Assembly (NCBI GenBank): GCA_030704615.1
Contig: CM060733.1
Span: forward strand, 51,894,001-51,958,000
From: Takakia lepidozioides
Taxonomy: Eukaryota > Plantae > Bryophyta
Direction: 5' to 3'
DNA length: 64,000 nt
In this document: positions 13,500 through 26,009 of the stretch, piece by piece
Position numbering within the stretch: the first letter of the stretch is position 1
Layout of the letters: every line of letters starts with the position of its first letter
Made by a program: the position numbers and the translations under genes
The notes under the pieces: model-generated
The model's input: the letters and a program-made list of their open reading frames with translations, nothing else
The model's database searches: none
What the model was told of the DNA's origin: nothing

Positions 13500-14649
13500 T
13501 TCAAATCAGACCTTGATAGACCATAACAAAGCACCCGGGTTGGAAGGTTCCAAGTCTTGTTTTATACAACCCTAATGCTGTCCAAGCAGGACTACGTTGA
13601 AAAGAGATGAAATATACAGAAGCAAGTACCTGATTGATGAGTTTGACGTTGCTAATTTTTGCTACTGCTATTGACCAAATGCTGCTACTTCCACTACTGG
13701 TAGCCCTCTTTGGGTGATCCTGAACCCACAGTCCATCCTTGCATCAGCGGCTAGCCCTCCCTCCACACTAACATATTTAAATACAAAGTTCTGTCAAACT
13801 CCCTACGATGTTGCATGAAGAAAGCTCACCTTGTTGACAATATTGTCCCACCGCTGTGGATCAAATTTATAGAACTCCTGCCAGCGCTGTTCCTTGCTCC
13901 AAATCTGGCCCTCTTGGATGATTTTGCACCCACGATCCTCTCCCTGCATCAACAGCTACCCCTCCCTCCACACTAACAATGCGTACATCATGCCTCTACA
14001 GCTACTACTGTGGCTTCCAGTTGACCATCTACCCATGCAGGTTTCTTGTAGCTATCCTTCCACATGGAATCATAGGTAATCTGGAGCTTGGAATCCGCCA
14101 TCTAGAAATTTAGGGACGACTCTGATAACAGGGAAAAACAGGCTGAAATGTGTTGAAGAAGGTACCTTCATTAGCAATCCCTTGTTCTATCTATTGCGCT
14201 GCTGCCGCTGCTATTTCCAGTTGACCATCTACTCACACTGTCCCACCACTGACTGGGGTCAGAAAAGTATTAATTCCTTGAAAGCTTCTCTCCATCTCTA
14301 TTATCTTTTTTTAGGTACTGTCATGCTACCACCTCGGCAGTAACTTGCAAAGTCACTCCAGAGCACCGCAGATCCACCCAACGAGCTAACTTACAAAATT
14401 CAATACATATGCTTCAGGGCTGAGTCTGATGAGAGGGAAAACCAGGCTGAAACAGGTCAAACCAGAAGGTGCCCTCAGGCTGAAATACGTTGAAGAAGGT
14501 ACCTTTCATCAGCAGTGCCTTGCTCTATCAATTGCGCTGTTGCCACTGCTGTTTCCAGTTGACCATCCACCCACATTGTCCCACCATTGACTGGGGTCAG
14601 AAAAGTGTCTCATTCCAAAGCTTCTCTTCATCTTTGTGGTGCTATTGTA

Positions 14650-15290
14650 GGGTGACTTCAATGCCCAAGTGGGCAAAGGGCTCCATCAGGACGATATCAT
14701 TGGGTCTTCTGGTGAGGACGAGCTGAATTCTAATGGCAGACGGTTAATTAACTGTCTAGAAGAGCTTCAGCTTTTGACCTTGATTAACAAGACAAGAGGT
14801 GACCAAGTGCAGTGGACTCGTGAGAAATCCCAAACTGGGGAACGTTCCATTGTGGACTATATCATAATGGACAAAAATTTGTTCCCCCAGTGTGCCAATG
14901 TGTTGATCGACAGAACTGATATTGGTACCTCTGACCACTTCCTGGACTGAGATCAAAAGGTGTTTTCCCAAGGCTAGAGTAGAAGAGATTCTCAAGGACC
15001 TGGACCTGGATCCGCAAGTCTTGACCCTGCACCCTAAATCCAACTTAGAGGTTGTAGTGTCCAAAGCCATGTCTATTGCCATGAGATTGTCTGATGAAAA
15101 TGAAGTTAGGCAGAAAACTTCCCTGAACTTGTTTCTAGTCAGTGACATGGGGGGAGGACATCTTGGATGACCTCAAGGGTCCACCCACTCTCGGCACTAG
15201 ACTGAAATTTAAACTCAGGGAAGGAAGCCTACCTTTGAACATCAAACAGAAGCAGAGAGGAAAGGGGGAGTGCACTCTCCCAAGTGAACC
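14650..15290 (+). pseudogene. LINE ORF2 fragment: APE endonuclease C-part fused directly to the C-terminal region (RT missing)
   Basis: GDFNAQVG..NSNGRRL..SIVDYII..GTSDHF, then WTEIKRCFP|RVEEILKDLDL..TSLNLF..TRLKFKLREGSLPL. Confidence 0.8.
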
Positions 15291-16533
15291 TGCATCATTC
15301 AGTTGGCAAGCAAGTGTCTGAAAAATTGATCCATTTGAAGACACCACGGTGCAGCTGAGCACGGCCTGACATGACAACAATTAAACATCATACTGAGACA
15401 AGAGAAGCAGTCAAGGACACAGTCATGCATATGGCAGCAAGTGATCACCCTTCAAACATGATTGAAAACATACATGAGGTCAAAGGCAATTCGAAATCAG
15501 CGAAGGGTACTGCAGCTAAGAGTTGGAGTGTCTTTAAAGACAAAGGGAAGAGAAAGAAACACTTCACTGGCAATGAGGGGAGGCTGTGGAAACGCCAAGA
15601 TGATGACACAAATGATAGAAATAACAGGGTTGGGCAAAGGATCTTGCAGGAAGAAGAAAGGGTATGTCAGCATGGAAAGGACGTGCAGCTCATTCCAACG
15701 GAAAGGGGAACATTCGTGCAGTTAAGTACAACAACCAATTGCCCTTCAATTATGGCTGGAATTTTCCAAAAGGCGAGGGATGATAAGGAGGAGAATAGGC
15801 CTGATACAGTGAGTTGCTTAGGGGCAATGAAACAACTTTCTTTTGAAGAAATCAGCAATTACACAAGCAAGGGAAGGAAACTATAGTCCTTGTATGTGAA
15901 AGGAGGGTAATACGGTGCAAGTGCAAAAGGAAGGGAGGCACAAGGAGGTCACTTACTGCTAATTGGGATATGCTAGAGATCACAAGAAGGGAACATGGGT
16001 ACCCAGTAAGCAGAAGAGCAGCTGAGCAGGTGTGGGATGATGTTCGGGCTGCAAACACAACGGCGAACCAAGCAACTGTCACTACAACTAAAGATACGAG
16101 TAAGTGGAGCAACATGATGGCAGCATGGAATATCTGCCGAGGGATGCTGGTTGGCAAGGAGCTGCGACATATGGTGAATGAGGAGAGAGACCTGTCCCGA
16201 ATCAACATGGTTCAAACACGATCTGAAAGATGTAAAGAAAAGGTGCATTTGAAGGCAGAAGGGTATTATTTTCAGACTGGTGAAGAGCCTAATTACACAA
16301 GGGAAGAACGAGAAGGCAAGCAAGGAAAAATCTCACAAGCGGAAATGCAACCCTAAACGGCGAAAGTAGAACATACACGACGAGCACTGGAGAACATACC
16401 CATGAAACGTCGAGCATGAGCACCACGTGCAGTGAAGGGAAGAATGTATGGGGGGCAGCAGTTATAACTGAACTACAAATGCGTTTGCTGCACTCAGTGA
16501 CGGAAGAATACGGAGGAGCGGCGAAACTGCCAT

Positions 16534-16800
16534 ATGTGTTTATCTATGGACATTGGACACAAAAGAAAGGATGTTGGGCGCACCTGCGATTCATGGAAAA
16601 CCAAAAGACAACAGGTGTCGATAGATTGCGGAGTTAGTGGAGCTCAGGACATTCTGCCTGAGTATGTGAGACTTCCTACAGACAATAAGGGACATTTTTT
16701 CACAGTGCGTCTAATCGAAGACTGCTCTTCAGCAGTCTGCTTCAACTGCAGTCAAATGCTCCACATTAAGGTGGATTGCCCAACAAGAAAGAGAAAGCTT
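16534..16800 (+). pseudogene. Gag/LINE-ORF1-like CCHC zinc-knuckle fragment inside element 1
   Basis: CFNCSQMLHIKVDCP fits CX2CX4HX4C. Confidence 0.5.
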
Positions 16801-19544
16801 TCTCCAGCATCCAAGCTGCCACTGGGCAGCCAAACTAGAGGGTCAAATGGCAGGGTCTCCCTCCAGTGCAACAACAACAATCAAGTGCTCAATCCCAAGA
16901 TCTCCGTTCTTCGGCCCAAACTCTTCCCCCCAGTGATCACTTGCAAGTTGCGGGCAGTAGAGGTGCCTTCCAACGCCATATCAGCAATCAGGACCCTATG
17001 CAACTCGAAGCGGCATCCACCCCTCGCAGGCAGCCACTTGGCAAGAAAGATAGCAGCAGAGCTGCTGCACAAATCAAACCCTAAACTCCATCAGCACAAA
17101 AAGCTATGCCTTCTATGGTGGTCCACTCTCCAAAATTCTTACCAGTATTGCAAACAATCCATCTTTTGCAAAAACTTGCCTCAGGCAGGCTTCATTTCCA
17201 GGCCAGGACCTGAAAGGGTGCTCAGCCCTGGAATCCACGGAAGCGTCATTAGCAACATGTGTCACGCCAATCATTTATAAGAAAGGAAATAGGCCTAATG
17301 TGCTCATTACCTCTGATGACTAGGAATCTAGTGCCCTCACCACATTGTCCTACCATGCCCTGTGGAGAGGAGGGGAGAGGAGAGGAGGGAAAAGAGAAAG
17401 CCCGCGGAAGGGAAGGCGAACGCGGGAGAGGAGGAGAAAGAAAAGAGAAAGCCGCGGGAGATCAGGGGAGAAAGATCGTGGAGCGAAAAAAAAAAAAAAA
17501 CAAACAAACTAAACGACGATCCCACGATTTGATCCCGGGATGCATCGCGGCAAAATCGCCATTCTTACCACTACACTATCCCTTAAAACTCAACAACCCC
17601 CTCCTGTAAAATTATATTTAAGGTGTTTTAAACCCCCCTCTGTATGTATAATGTTGTACATGGGGGGGTTTAAAATACCCCCTCCTGTGCACGCACGTGG
17701 CTGGTACATTTAATGAGGAGTGCACCCCCCAGGCCTAAAGAAAAGGGCGGACAATCTGTTTGCTCTGCCAGCACGTGTGACGCGCCAGGGCGTCTCACGT
17801 TTACCAGCCCCGTCGACAACCGCAGCCGGAGGGCTCGTCTGCCCCCCCCGAGGCCAGTACCCCCCCTCTTGTCCCCATCTTGGATGCGCCAGGGGCCAGC
17901 TCAGCCAACTCTCTTATTCGGGAGGTTGTTGCAGAGCCGGATGCTCAGTTGAGCACACCCCCGGCCACCAAGATGGGTGAAATGTACCTTGGCAAGCACA
18001 TCGCCCGTTCGGGGGCCCGGTAATATGGGCAACTTTTGGATGTCACCGGGGGATAGCGACCCCTTCCTCCGTAGCGAAGGCTGCACTTGCCAAGGCCCAA
18101 CGTCAGGTTCAAGGGCCTTTGAAAGTGGTCGTTGCTAGCCCAATGTTGTCGATGAGGGAGGAGGAGACAATGAGGGCCAATGAAGTGGCCGAGATAGCGA
18201 AGCGCCTCAAAGTAGTCAAGCCGGGTGAGGGCTTCTACCCTGCTAAGCATTTGGCCTGGGGGGTGCACTCCTCATTAAATGTACCAGCCACGTGCGTGCA
18301 CAGGAGGGGGTATTTTAAACCCCCCCACGTACAACATTATACATAACAGAGGGGGGTTTAAAACACGATAAATATAATTTTACAAGAGGGGGTTGTTGAG
18401 TTTTAGGGGGTAGTGTAGTGGTAAGAGCGGCGTTTAGGCCGCGATGCACCGCGGGATCAAATCGCATAATCATTCTTTTGTTTGTTTGTTTGTTTTTTTC
18501 TCTCCGCGATCTTTCTCCCCTTCCCTCCTGCGGCTTTCTCTTTTCCCTTTCCTCCTCTCATCTCCTCTCCACTCCTCTCCCGCGTTCGCCTTCCCTTCCG
18601 CGGGCTTTCTCTTTTTCTTCCTCTCCTCTTCCCTCCTCTCCACAGGGCATGATATTCTTCTTGATGTTTACAAGGTTTAGGGGAGAGTGAGCTTGGTCTT
18701 AGCAGGCCATTTTGTGGTGGTTTCTCAAAGACCAATCCGACATTACCTGACTACAGACACCAGCAGCACACCAAAGCGATCCTTTTGGGTTGATGGGAGG
18801 GCAAATCCTCCATGGGTCATGACACAAGGTCAAGGACAATGTGGTGAGGGCACCTTCTCCTTCGACCTATTTCAGCCTGTCTTGCCCTCTCATCATAGTC
18901 GGCCCTGAATTTGCAGCACTGAGCAGACCTGACATGAGTTTTTAGAAGATTGACAATGGTGGGACAACTGCAATCGCAAGGTGTGGCGTTTTCTTAAGGT
19001 ACGATGTGAATTTTTTTCCATCCTACTATTGCGGGCTCTTGCCTCCTGTTAGTACCTGATTTGGTATTCTTCCAGATGTTTACAAGGTTCTTGGGAGAGT
19101 CAGCTTGGTCTTAGCAGGTCGTGCTCAGCTGCACCGTGGTGGTTCTCACTGACCAATCCGTCGTTACCTGACTACAGACACAAGTAGGCACACACAAGAG
19201 GTCCTCTTTTGATCTTAGTCCAAACCAGGAAGTGGTCAGAGGTACCAATATCAGTTCTGTCGATCAACACATTGGCACACTAGGGGAACAAATTTTTGTC
19301 CATTATGATATAGTCCACAATGGAACGTTCCCCAGTTTGGGATTTCTCACGAGTCCACTGCACTTGGTCACCTGCAGTTGAAGTCCTTGCCCTTGGTTGT
19401 CTTCCTAGAGCGCCCCATTGAATCACCAATGTCTAAGACCGCTCTCCAGCCAGTTAAGGGACGAACTTCTTTGAGATTGAATTGATGTGGGACTCTATTA
19501 GAATCACTTTTGGTCATTGCAACCTTCAACGTACACCTGTTATC

Positions 19545-20756
19545 AATGAGAGAACCCCAGACAGTGTATCAGAAAATGAATACTGTCTTCAGATTGCCCA
19601 CACAATGGGAAGTGCACTCTCCCTTTCCTCTCTGCTTCTGTTTGCTATTCAAAGGTAGGCTTCCTGCCTTGAGTTTAAATTTCAGTCTAGTGCCGAGAGT
19701 GGGTGGACCCTTGAGATCATCCAAGATGTCCTCCCCCATGTCACTGACTGGAAACAAGTTCAGGGAAGTTTTCTGCCTAACTTCATTTTCATCAGACAAT
19801 CTCATGGCAACAGACATGGCTTTGGATACTACAGCCTCTAAGTCGGATTTATCCAGCAGGGTCAAGACTTGCGGATTGAGAATCTCTTCTACTCTGGTGT
19901 TGGGAAAACACCTCTTGATCTCAGTCCAAACCAGGAAGTGGTCAGAGGTACCAATATCAGTTCTATTGATCAACACATTGGCACACTGGGGGAACAAATT
20001 TTTGTCCATTATGATATAGTCCACAATGGAACGTTCCCCAATTTGGGATTTCTCACGAGTCCACTGCACTTGGTCACCTCTTGTCCTGTTATTCAAGGTC
20101 AAAAGCTGAAGCTCTTTCAGACAGTTAATTAACCGTCTGCCATTAGAATTCAGCTTGTCCTCACCAGAAGGCCCAATGATATCATCCTAATGGAGCCCTT
20201 TGCCCACCCGGGCATTGAAGTCACCCAATAGCACCACCTGACCTTTGGCAAGGAACGAAGCACAATCCAGTTTTACATCTTCGAAGGCTTTGTCTGCATC
20301 AGCACTAAGGGTCCCCTCTGTGGGCATGTAAACACAACCCACAAAGAGGTCCTTCGTACTCATGCCGCCCTTCAGATTCAGTTTTAGCCATATACTATGC
20401 TCATACCTCAAACCCTTGTTGATAATTTCACAATTGTCAAACAAGAAATCACGGACAAAGAATCCAACCCCTTTTTGACCGCGTTTGGCAAAGGCTGCCT
20501 TGAGAGTACACATCTTACCTGCCCATTTATAACCATTGACATCTCCAACCAGTTTATCCGACATTTCCCATGTTTCTTGCCCAGCACAGATATGAATATC
20601 ATGAGTCCGAAGAACTTGTCCTACTTCGAGTTGTTTCCTTTGGTTGGTCAACCCTGAGAAGTTGAAAGTGGCCAGCCGCAAGCCAACCCTTTGCATGTGA
20701 ATTGTTTGTCGTCTAGGTAGCTTGTGATTGCTCCTGGACGGCCAACCGTTCTGCAA
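19545..20756 (-). pseudogene. LINE ORF2 derivative: APE endonuclease fused to C-terminal Zn-knuckle region, RT deleted
   Basis: RLATFNFSGL..QET..VYMPTEG..LLGDFNARVG..SIVDYII..SDH (endonuclease motifs), then the same junction to VEEIL..KLKAGSLPL..GECTSHC as in element 1. In-frame stop at about 20187. Confidence 0.8.
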
Positions 20757-21145
20757 AGGGGGGACAGTTACCCCATGGATTCAACCTCATCCAGAGCATC
20801 AAACCGATTAGAAACTCTCAAGTTGAAGTCCTTGCCCTTGGTTGTCTTCCTAGAGCGCCCCATCGAATCACCAATGTCTAAGACCGCTCTCCAGCCAGTC
20901 AAGGGACGAACTTCTTTGAGTTTGAATCGATGTGGGATTCAATTAGAAGCACTTTTGGTCATTGCAACCTTCAACGTACCCCTGTTATCAAGTCTCGAGA
21001 TAGAACCATTAGCCATGAAATCCAAGCCTAAGCTAGAGCATGTAGTTTTTAAAGATATAGAGTCGATGTTTCCAAGATATAGAGTCGATTAACTTAGGAT
21101 ATCTGGTGTTGGACATATGTTGCAGCTGACCCGACCATCCGACCT

Positions 21146-23323
21146 TTGAATTCATTTGTGTGCGTGTGCAAGCCTGCATCCATAAAAAAGGGCAAAGAGG
21201 TGCATGGTTGCATCACCAAAGCTGGACTTGTACCGGATGTGATTATGAACAATACCCTTGTGGACATGTATGCCATTGTGGGAGCATTGAGGATGCGGAG
21301 GGAGTGTTCAACACTATGGCTGAACGAGGTGGTGTCGAGGAACACGATTCATCCAACAGGTCGATTTTAAACACAAGATTACTTCTGATTCCCTGCGGAT
21401 CAATAGCTACAAGAAAGTTGCGTGGGTAGATGGTCAACTGGAAACAGCAGCCGCAGCAGTGCATTTGGTAGGACAAGGCGCTGCTAATGAAGGTACCTTC
21501 TTCAACACATTTCAGCCTGTTTTTCCCTGTTATCAGAGTTTTTCCCTGTTTTTTCCTGAATGATGGATAGAGAATGGGTCCAAATTTATCCAAGAGGGCT
21601 GGACTTCAAGCTCCAGATTACCTTGATTTCATGTGGGGGTCAGTAGCTACAAGAAACCTGCATAGGTAGATGGTCAACCAAAGGCAGCAGCTGCAGCGAC
21701 ACAGTTGATAAAATCAGGCACCTCAACCATGACCACAGCTTCTGAAAGAGGATCAAGAGAGGGAGTCCACAATGCCTCTTCTGGCACTTCTAGGCATGTG
21801 AAGATACTTTGTGCGACAGCCTGACAGAGGCTCTACAGACTCTAAACCAAGGAGGCAGTTCAACAGATTCAGATATGTATGTCTGTCTCTTGCTTAAGTG
21901 CATCAAGATGGAAGGTCTCGAAGCTGGAAAGCAGGTGCACACTCACATTATCCAAAGTGGATTCACGCCAAATGTTTTTCTACTCAACACCCTTGTCAAC
22001 CTAAGTGCCGGAACATCAGGGATGCTCACCAAGTGTTCAACGGAATGCCTCAATGATCTTTGATCACGTGGAATATTATGTTGAAAGGATTTACCAAGCA
22101 TAGGTGTGGTAGGATTGTTTTGGAGACATATGAGCAAATGATGTGCGAAGCGGTGAAGCCCAACCATATCACATTTGTTTGTGTTTGCAATGCGTGTGAA
22201 AGCCTGGGAGCAAGCTGGAATTGTACCAGATGTCATCTTGAACACTGCCCTTGTATGTTTGCCAAATGTGGGTGCGTTAAGGATGTGAGGGGAATTTTCA
22301 ACACTCTGGCTGAACGAGATGTGGTGTCGTGGAAGGTGATGCTTGCAGGGTATGCACAGCAGGGGCAAGGGATGGAGGCTTTGGAGACCTATGAGCAAAT
22401 GATGGGGGAAAGGGGTGAAGCCTAACCACATCACAAGGCATTTCACCAGATTCAGATATGCATGTTTGTCTCTTGCTTAAGTGCATCAAGATGGAAGGTC
22501 TGGAAGCTGGAAAACAGGTGCATACTCACATCATCCAAAGTGGATTCACGTCAAATGTTTTTCTACTCAACACCCTTGTCAACATGTATGTTATGTGTGG
22601 GAGCATCATTGATGCTCACCAAGTGTTCAACAGAATGCCTCAATGATCTTTAATCACGTGGAATATAATGTTGGCAGGATGCAATGCGTGTCCAAGCCTG
22701 CGAGCTCTGGAAAAGGGGAAAGAGGTCCATGGTGACATTGTCAAAGCTGGAATTGTACCAGATGTCATTCTGAACACTCCCCTGGTGGACATGTATGCCA
22801 AATGTGGGTGCATTAAGGATGCGAAGGGAGTTTCCATGGCTGAACGAGATGTGGTGTGGTGGAGTGCGATGCTTGCAGGGTATGCACAGCAGGGACGTGG
22901 TATGGAGGCTTTGGAGACCTATGATCAAATGATGGGGGAAAGGGTGAAGCCCGACCACATCACATTTGTGTACATTTGCAATGCGTGTACAAGCCTGTCA
23001 GCTCTGGAAAAGGGCAAAGAGGTCCATGCCGACATTGTCAGATTTGCAATTGTATCAAATGTCATTCTGAACAATACCCTCGTGGACATGTATGAAGGGA
23101 GTGTTCGACGGTATGACTGAACGAGATATGTTGTCGTGGAGTGCGATGATTGCAGGATATGCACAGCAAGGGCGCGGGATGGAGGCTTTGGCGAATGTGT
23201 GGTGATTGCCACACAGCCACCAAATTCATCTCAAAGATAGCTAAGCAAGAGATTGTTGTACGGGATGCAAACCGCTTTCACCACTTCCAAAATGGTGTTT
23301 GTTCTTGTGGGGAGTATTGGTGA
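21146..23323 (+). pseudogene. Scrambled PLS-class PPR gene fragments ending in a DYW-domain C-terminus
   Basis: PLS motifs (GKQVHTHII, NTLVDMYAKCG, ERDVVSW..ML.GYAQQG.GMEAL, PDHITFV) with frameshifts and internal duplication (~21860-22110 vs ~22445-22680). 23192-23323 encodes [44 protein letters not shown] domains and the HxE motif are missing. Confidence 0.9.
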
Positions 23324-26009
23324 AATGAAATGTTTGTCACCTCATTGAATGTATTGAACTCTGTCAGCTGCGAGTCAGGTTGGACTCCAACAGTGGCAGC
23401 AAAGGCGCACGAAATCTCTTTTTGGAGAGGAATTCTCAACAGTAGGTTTTGAACATAATTGGACCTTGCGAAGGTTGAAACTGTAGAACAAGTTCAGAAA
23501 CTGTCCTAGTTGATGAACAGAGGTGCAGTGACTAGGTCTTGATGGTCTTCAAGAGGGTCACTCTCTGATGAAAATACCCAGGACTGTATATCAGAAAATA
23601 GAAACTTTCTTCAGGCCTCTTGCACATCGGGCATTGACAATGTCCCTTTCCTCTCTGCATCTGATTATTGTTCAAAGTGAGATTCCACAGCAAGTTTTAT
23701 CGAGGGCAAACAAATTTTTTTATTAATTTATTAGATTTTATTCTATTTTTAATGAATAAAATGATATAATATAAAAACATACATATACATATTTGAGGGT
23801 ATTTTTTAATTATTGAAAAGGGAAATATACATATAGAAGGGGGTATTTTTTAAAAATTACAAATTTCTATATATTTACAGGAGGGGGTTTTATAGTCTTC
23901 AAAATGTATGTACAGAGGGGGTATAAATGATCCAAGGACCCGTATACAAGGGGTTTTTTTTATTAGGCGACGAACGCATGTGATACGGACATTTTATAAA
24001 GAGTGCACCCCCCAGGGCATTTGGGGGGGGGGGGGGGAGGAGGAGGTATGGGCCGGTTTGGAGCGGCCTAGTCGATCAGCGACGCCGCCCCCTGAGCCTG
24101 AGTAGTCAGCAAAGAAGGGCCTGGACTACGGGGCGCCGCCGCCGGCTATGCTCCACATCTGGAACCTACTTACAGTGGCGCTCCGGGAGGGGATAACGCG
24201 GGCATATCCGGCAACGGGGACTCCTGCAACATTGGGTGACACTGGGGCGAGTCAGACAAGCTTGCAAAGGTACCCCTGTCGCACCTTGTTCCATTTTTTG
24301 TCCTTTCATTTGCATGCATGATTTTCTTTGTTGTTTTTTTTTTTTTCTTGAATTTGGGGGGGTTATTTGTCTTCAGGAGGCAACAACATGGCTGGCCTCA
24401 TTGGTGCAGTCTAGTGGGGTTGCCAATGAGGGAGAGCACGTGGTGCTCATGAAAGACCCGAACACCAAAGGTAAGAAGAAGATGCCTCGACCTCCCGAGA
24501 TCCCTTTTAACATCAATGAAATTGCTGCCGAGGAGAGAGAGAAAAGGGAGAGGGAGAAGGAGAGAGAGGAAGTAGCGGGGAAGGGGAAGGAGATGGTCGG
24601 GAAGGAAAAGAAGAAGAAGAAAAAGAAGTCCCATGGAGAGGAAGGGATGAGTGTGCATGCGAGGGATGACAATGGGGTAACAAAGGAGCAGGGGAAGGAG
24701 GCTACAAAGAAGGGAGAGAGTGGGAAGAAGAACATGGCCTTGGCGATAGAAGACGTGGAGTTGGCAAAGATCGTGGTGCCACCGGTGGAGGTGAATCGCC
24801 ATGGTGACCCCTACGGTGCGTTCTGGGAGGCTATGAAGAAGCCAGCCTTCGAACTCACAATGAGGTGGTTCCTTTTGCACATTGAGTGGGCTGATCAGCA
24901 CTTTGGCGCGAAGCGGGCGTATGCCCGTGAGTTAGACCGCCGGTTTCAGACAATTGGAGTGACACAAGGGTGCTGGAGATGGTGGGGCGAAACTTGAAGG
25001 ACGGGAGGTACCGTGCCAGACAGATCATTCGGAGGGCAATGGAAAAGGGGGCCATACCCAAACCACCTTATGGAATTACACAGGTTGGTAAATCCTGAAT
25101 CATTTCACCTTCTGTTTGTCGCATGTGCATTAATGAGGTGGATTCGATGCAACGTATGTGTGTAATTCACTAATTGTTGGGGGGGGGGGGGGGGGGGGGG
25201 GGATAGGTATCGTGGGATGCACTCATTGCGGGAGAGAATGATGCGGCAAACATGGCCAAATTTGAGCGGGCACGCGAAGCAACAACAGTCCGCCTTGACA
25301 AGCACGAATCCACACACAAATGGGGTGCCGACGGATCCAAGGGTTTTATCTTGCGATTTGTAAGTCATACTTCCCTATGTATTTTGTTATGTCTTCTTTC
25401 TGGCTCCATCCCTGCTCTATCATCGTGAAGAACTGACTTTAATTTGTGGCATGTGTAGCAACGCGCATTTGAGAGGAAGCCATCTCCGACAGAGTACAAC
25501 TATGCCAATGAGCATGGTTGACAATCTTTCATGAAGAACATGGCCAACACGGAGGGGATGAGTGCACTACAGGGCAGTAGTATGGATGAGGGCGGGGGTC
25601 ATGGCCAGGGATTGGATGCGAGCTCTGTGGGACTTAGGGGAACGCCGCCTCCTTTAGGTGCTCTGGCAAAGGGCGCGGAGTCATCAGGCTCATCGGATAG
25701 CTCTGAGTCCTCCACTGAGGATAAGGATGAGGATGACTAGTCCTAGTCCATGTAGGTCCCAGGGTCAGCCTACTGAACCCTTGTAAGGTTTTCAGCTTAT
25801 TTCTTGTAAATATATTTCCATATTCCATCTTCCATCTTATTCATGTGTCACACCGTCCTCACCCTCGATTCATGCTTGCTCAATTGTGTACCTGCTAAAT
25901 CAGAGAAATGGAAGCTGTCAGGTCTCCCTCCCCCAAAACAAAACCAGGCAGAAAACAAAAACCACTCCCAATTCACCCCCAAAATCAACCCCAACCCTCC
26001 CCAGGCTAG

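Larger units (their letters stand above)
8768..17733 (-). mobile_element. P-element-like DNA transposon, copy 1 (8966 bp, transposase-bearing, decayed)
   Basis: TIRs CCCGGGGGGTGCACTC (8768-8783) and GAGTGCACCCCCCAGG (17718-17733). Perfect 8-bp TSD CCTAAAGA (8760-8767, 17734-17741). Internal transposase pseudogene. Confidence 0.9.
18255..24016 (+). mobile_element. P-element-like DNA transposon, copy 2 (5762 bp, non-autonomous, cargo-carrying, inverted relative to copy 1)
   Basis: TIRs CCTGGGGGGTGCACTC (18255-) and GAGTGCACCCCCCAGG (-24016). Perfect 8-bp TSD GCATTTGG (18247-18254, 24017-24024). 18255-18651 is the reverse complement of 17354-17733, and about 23690-24016 is the reverse complement of 8768-9090. 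Confidence 0.9.

Noticed and set aside
15371-16400. ORF fragments in the right half of element 1
   Set aside because: They look coding-derived, but I could not assign a family without a search.
21146-23323. Functional PPR-DYW editing factor
   Set aside because: Multiple frameshifts and stops; E domains and the catalytic HxE motif are absent.
8768-24016. One 15-kb element with ~330-bp TIRs
   Set aside because: The outer flanks do not match each other, while each internal pairing has its own perfect 8-bp TSD. These are two separate elements.
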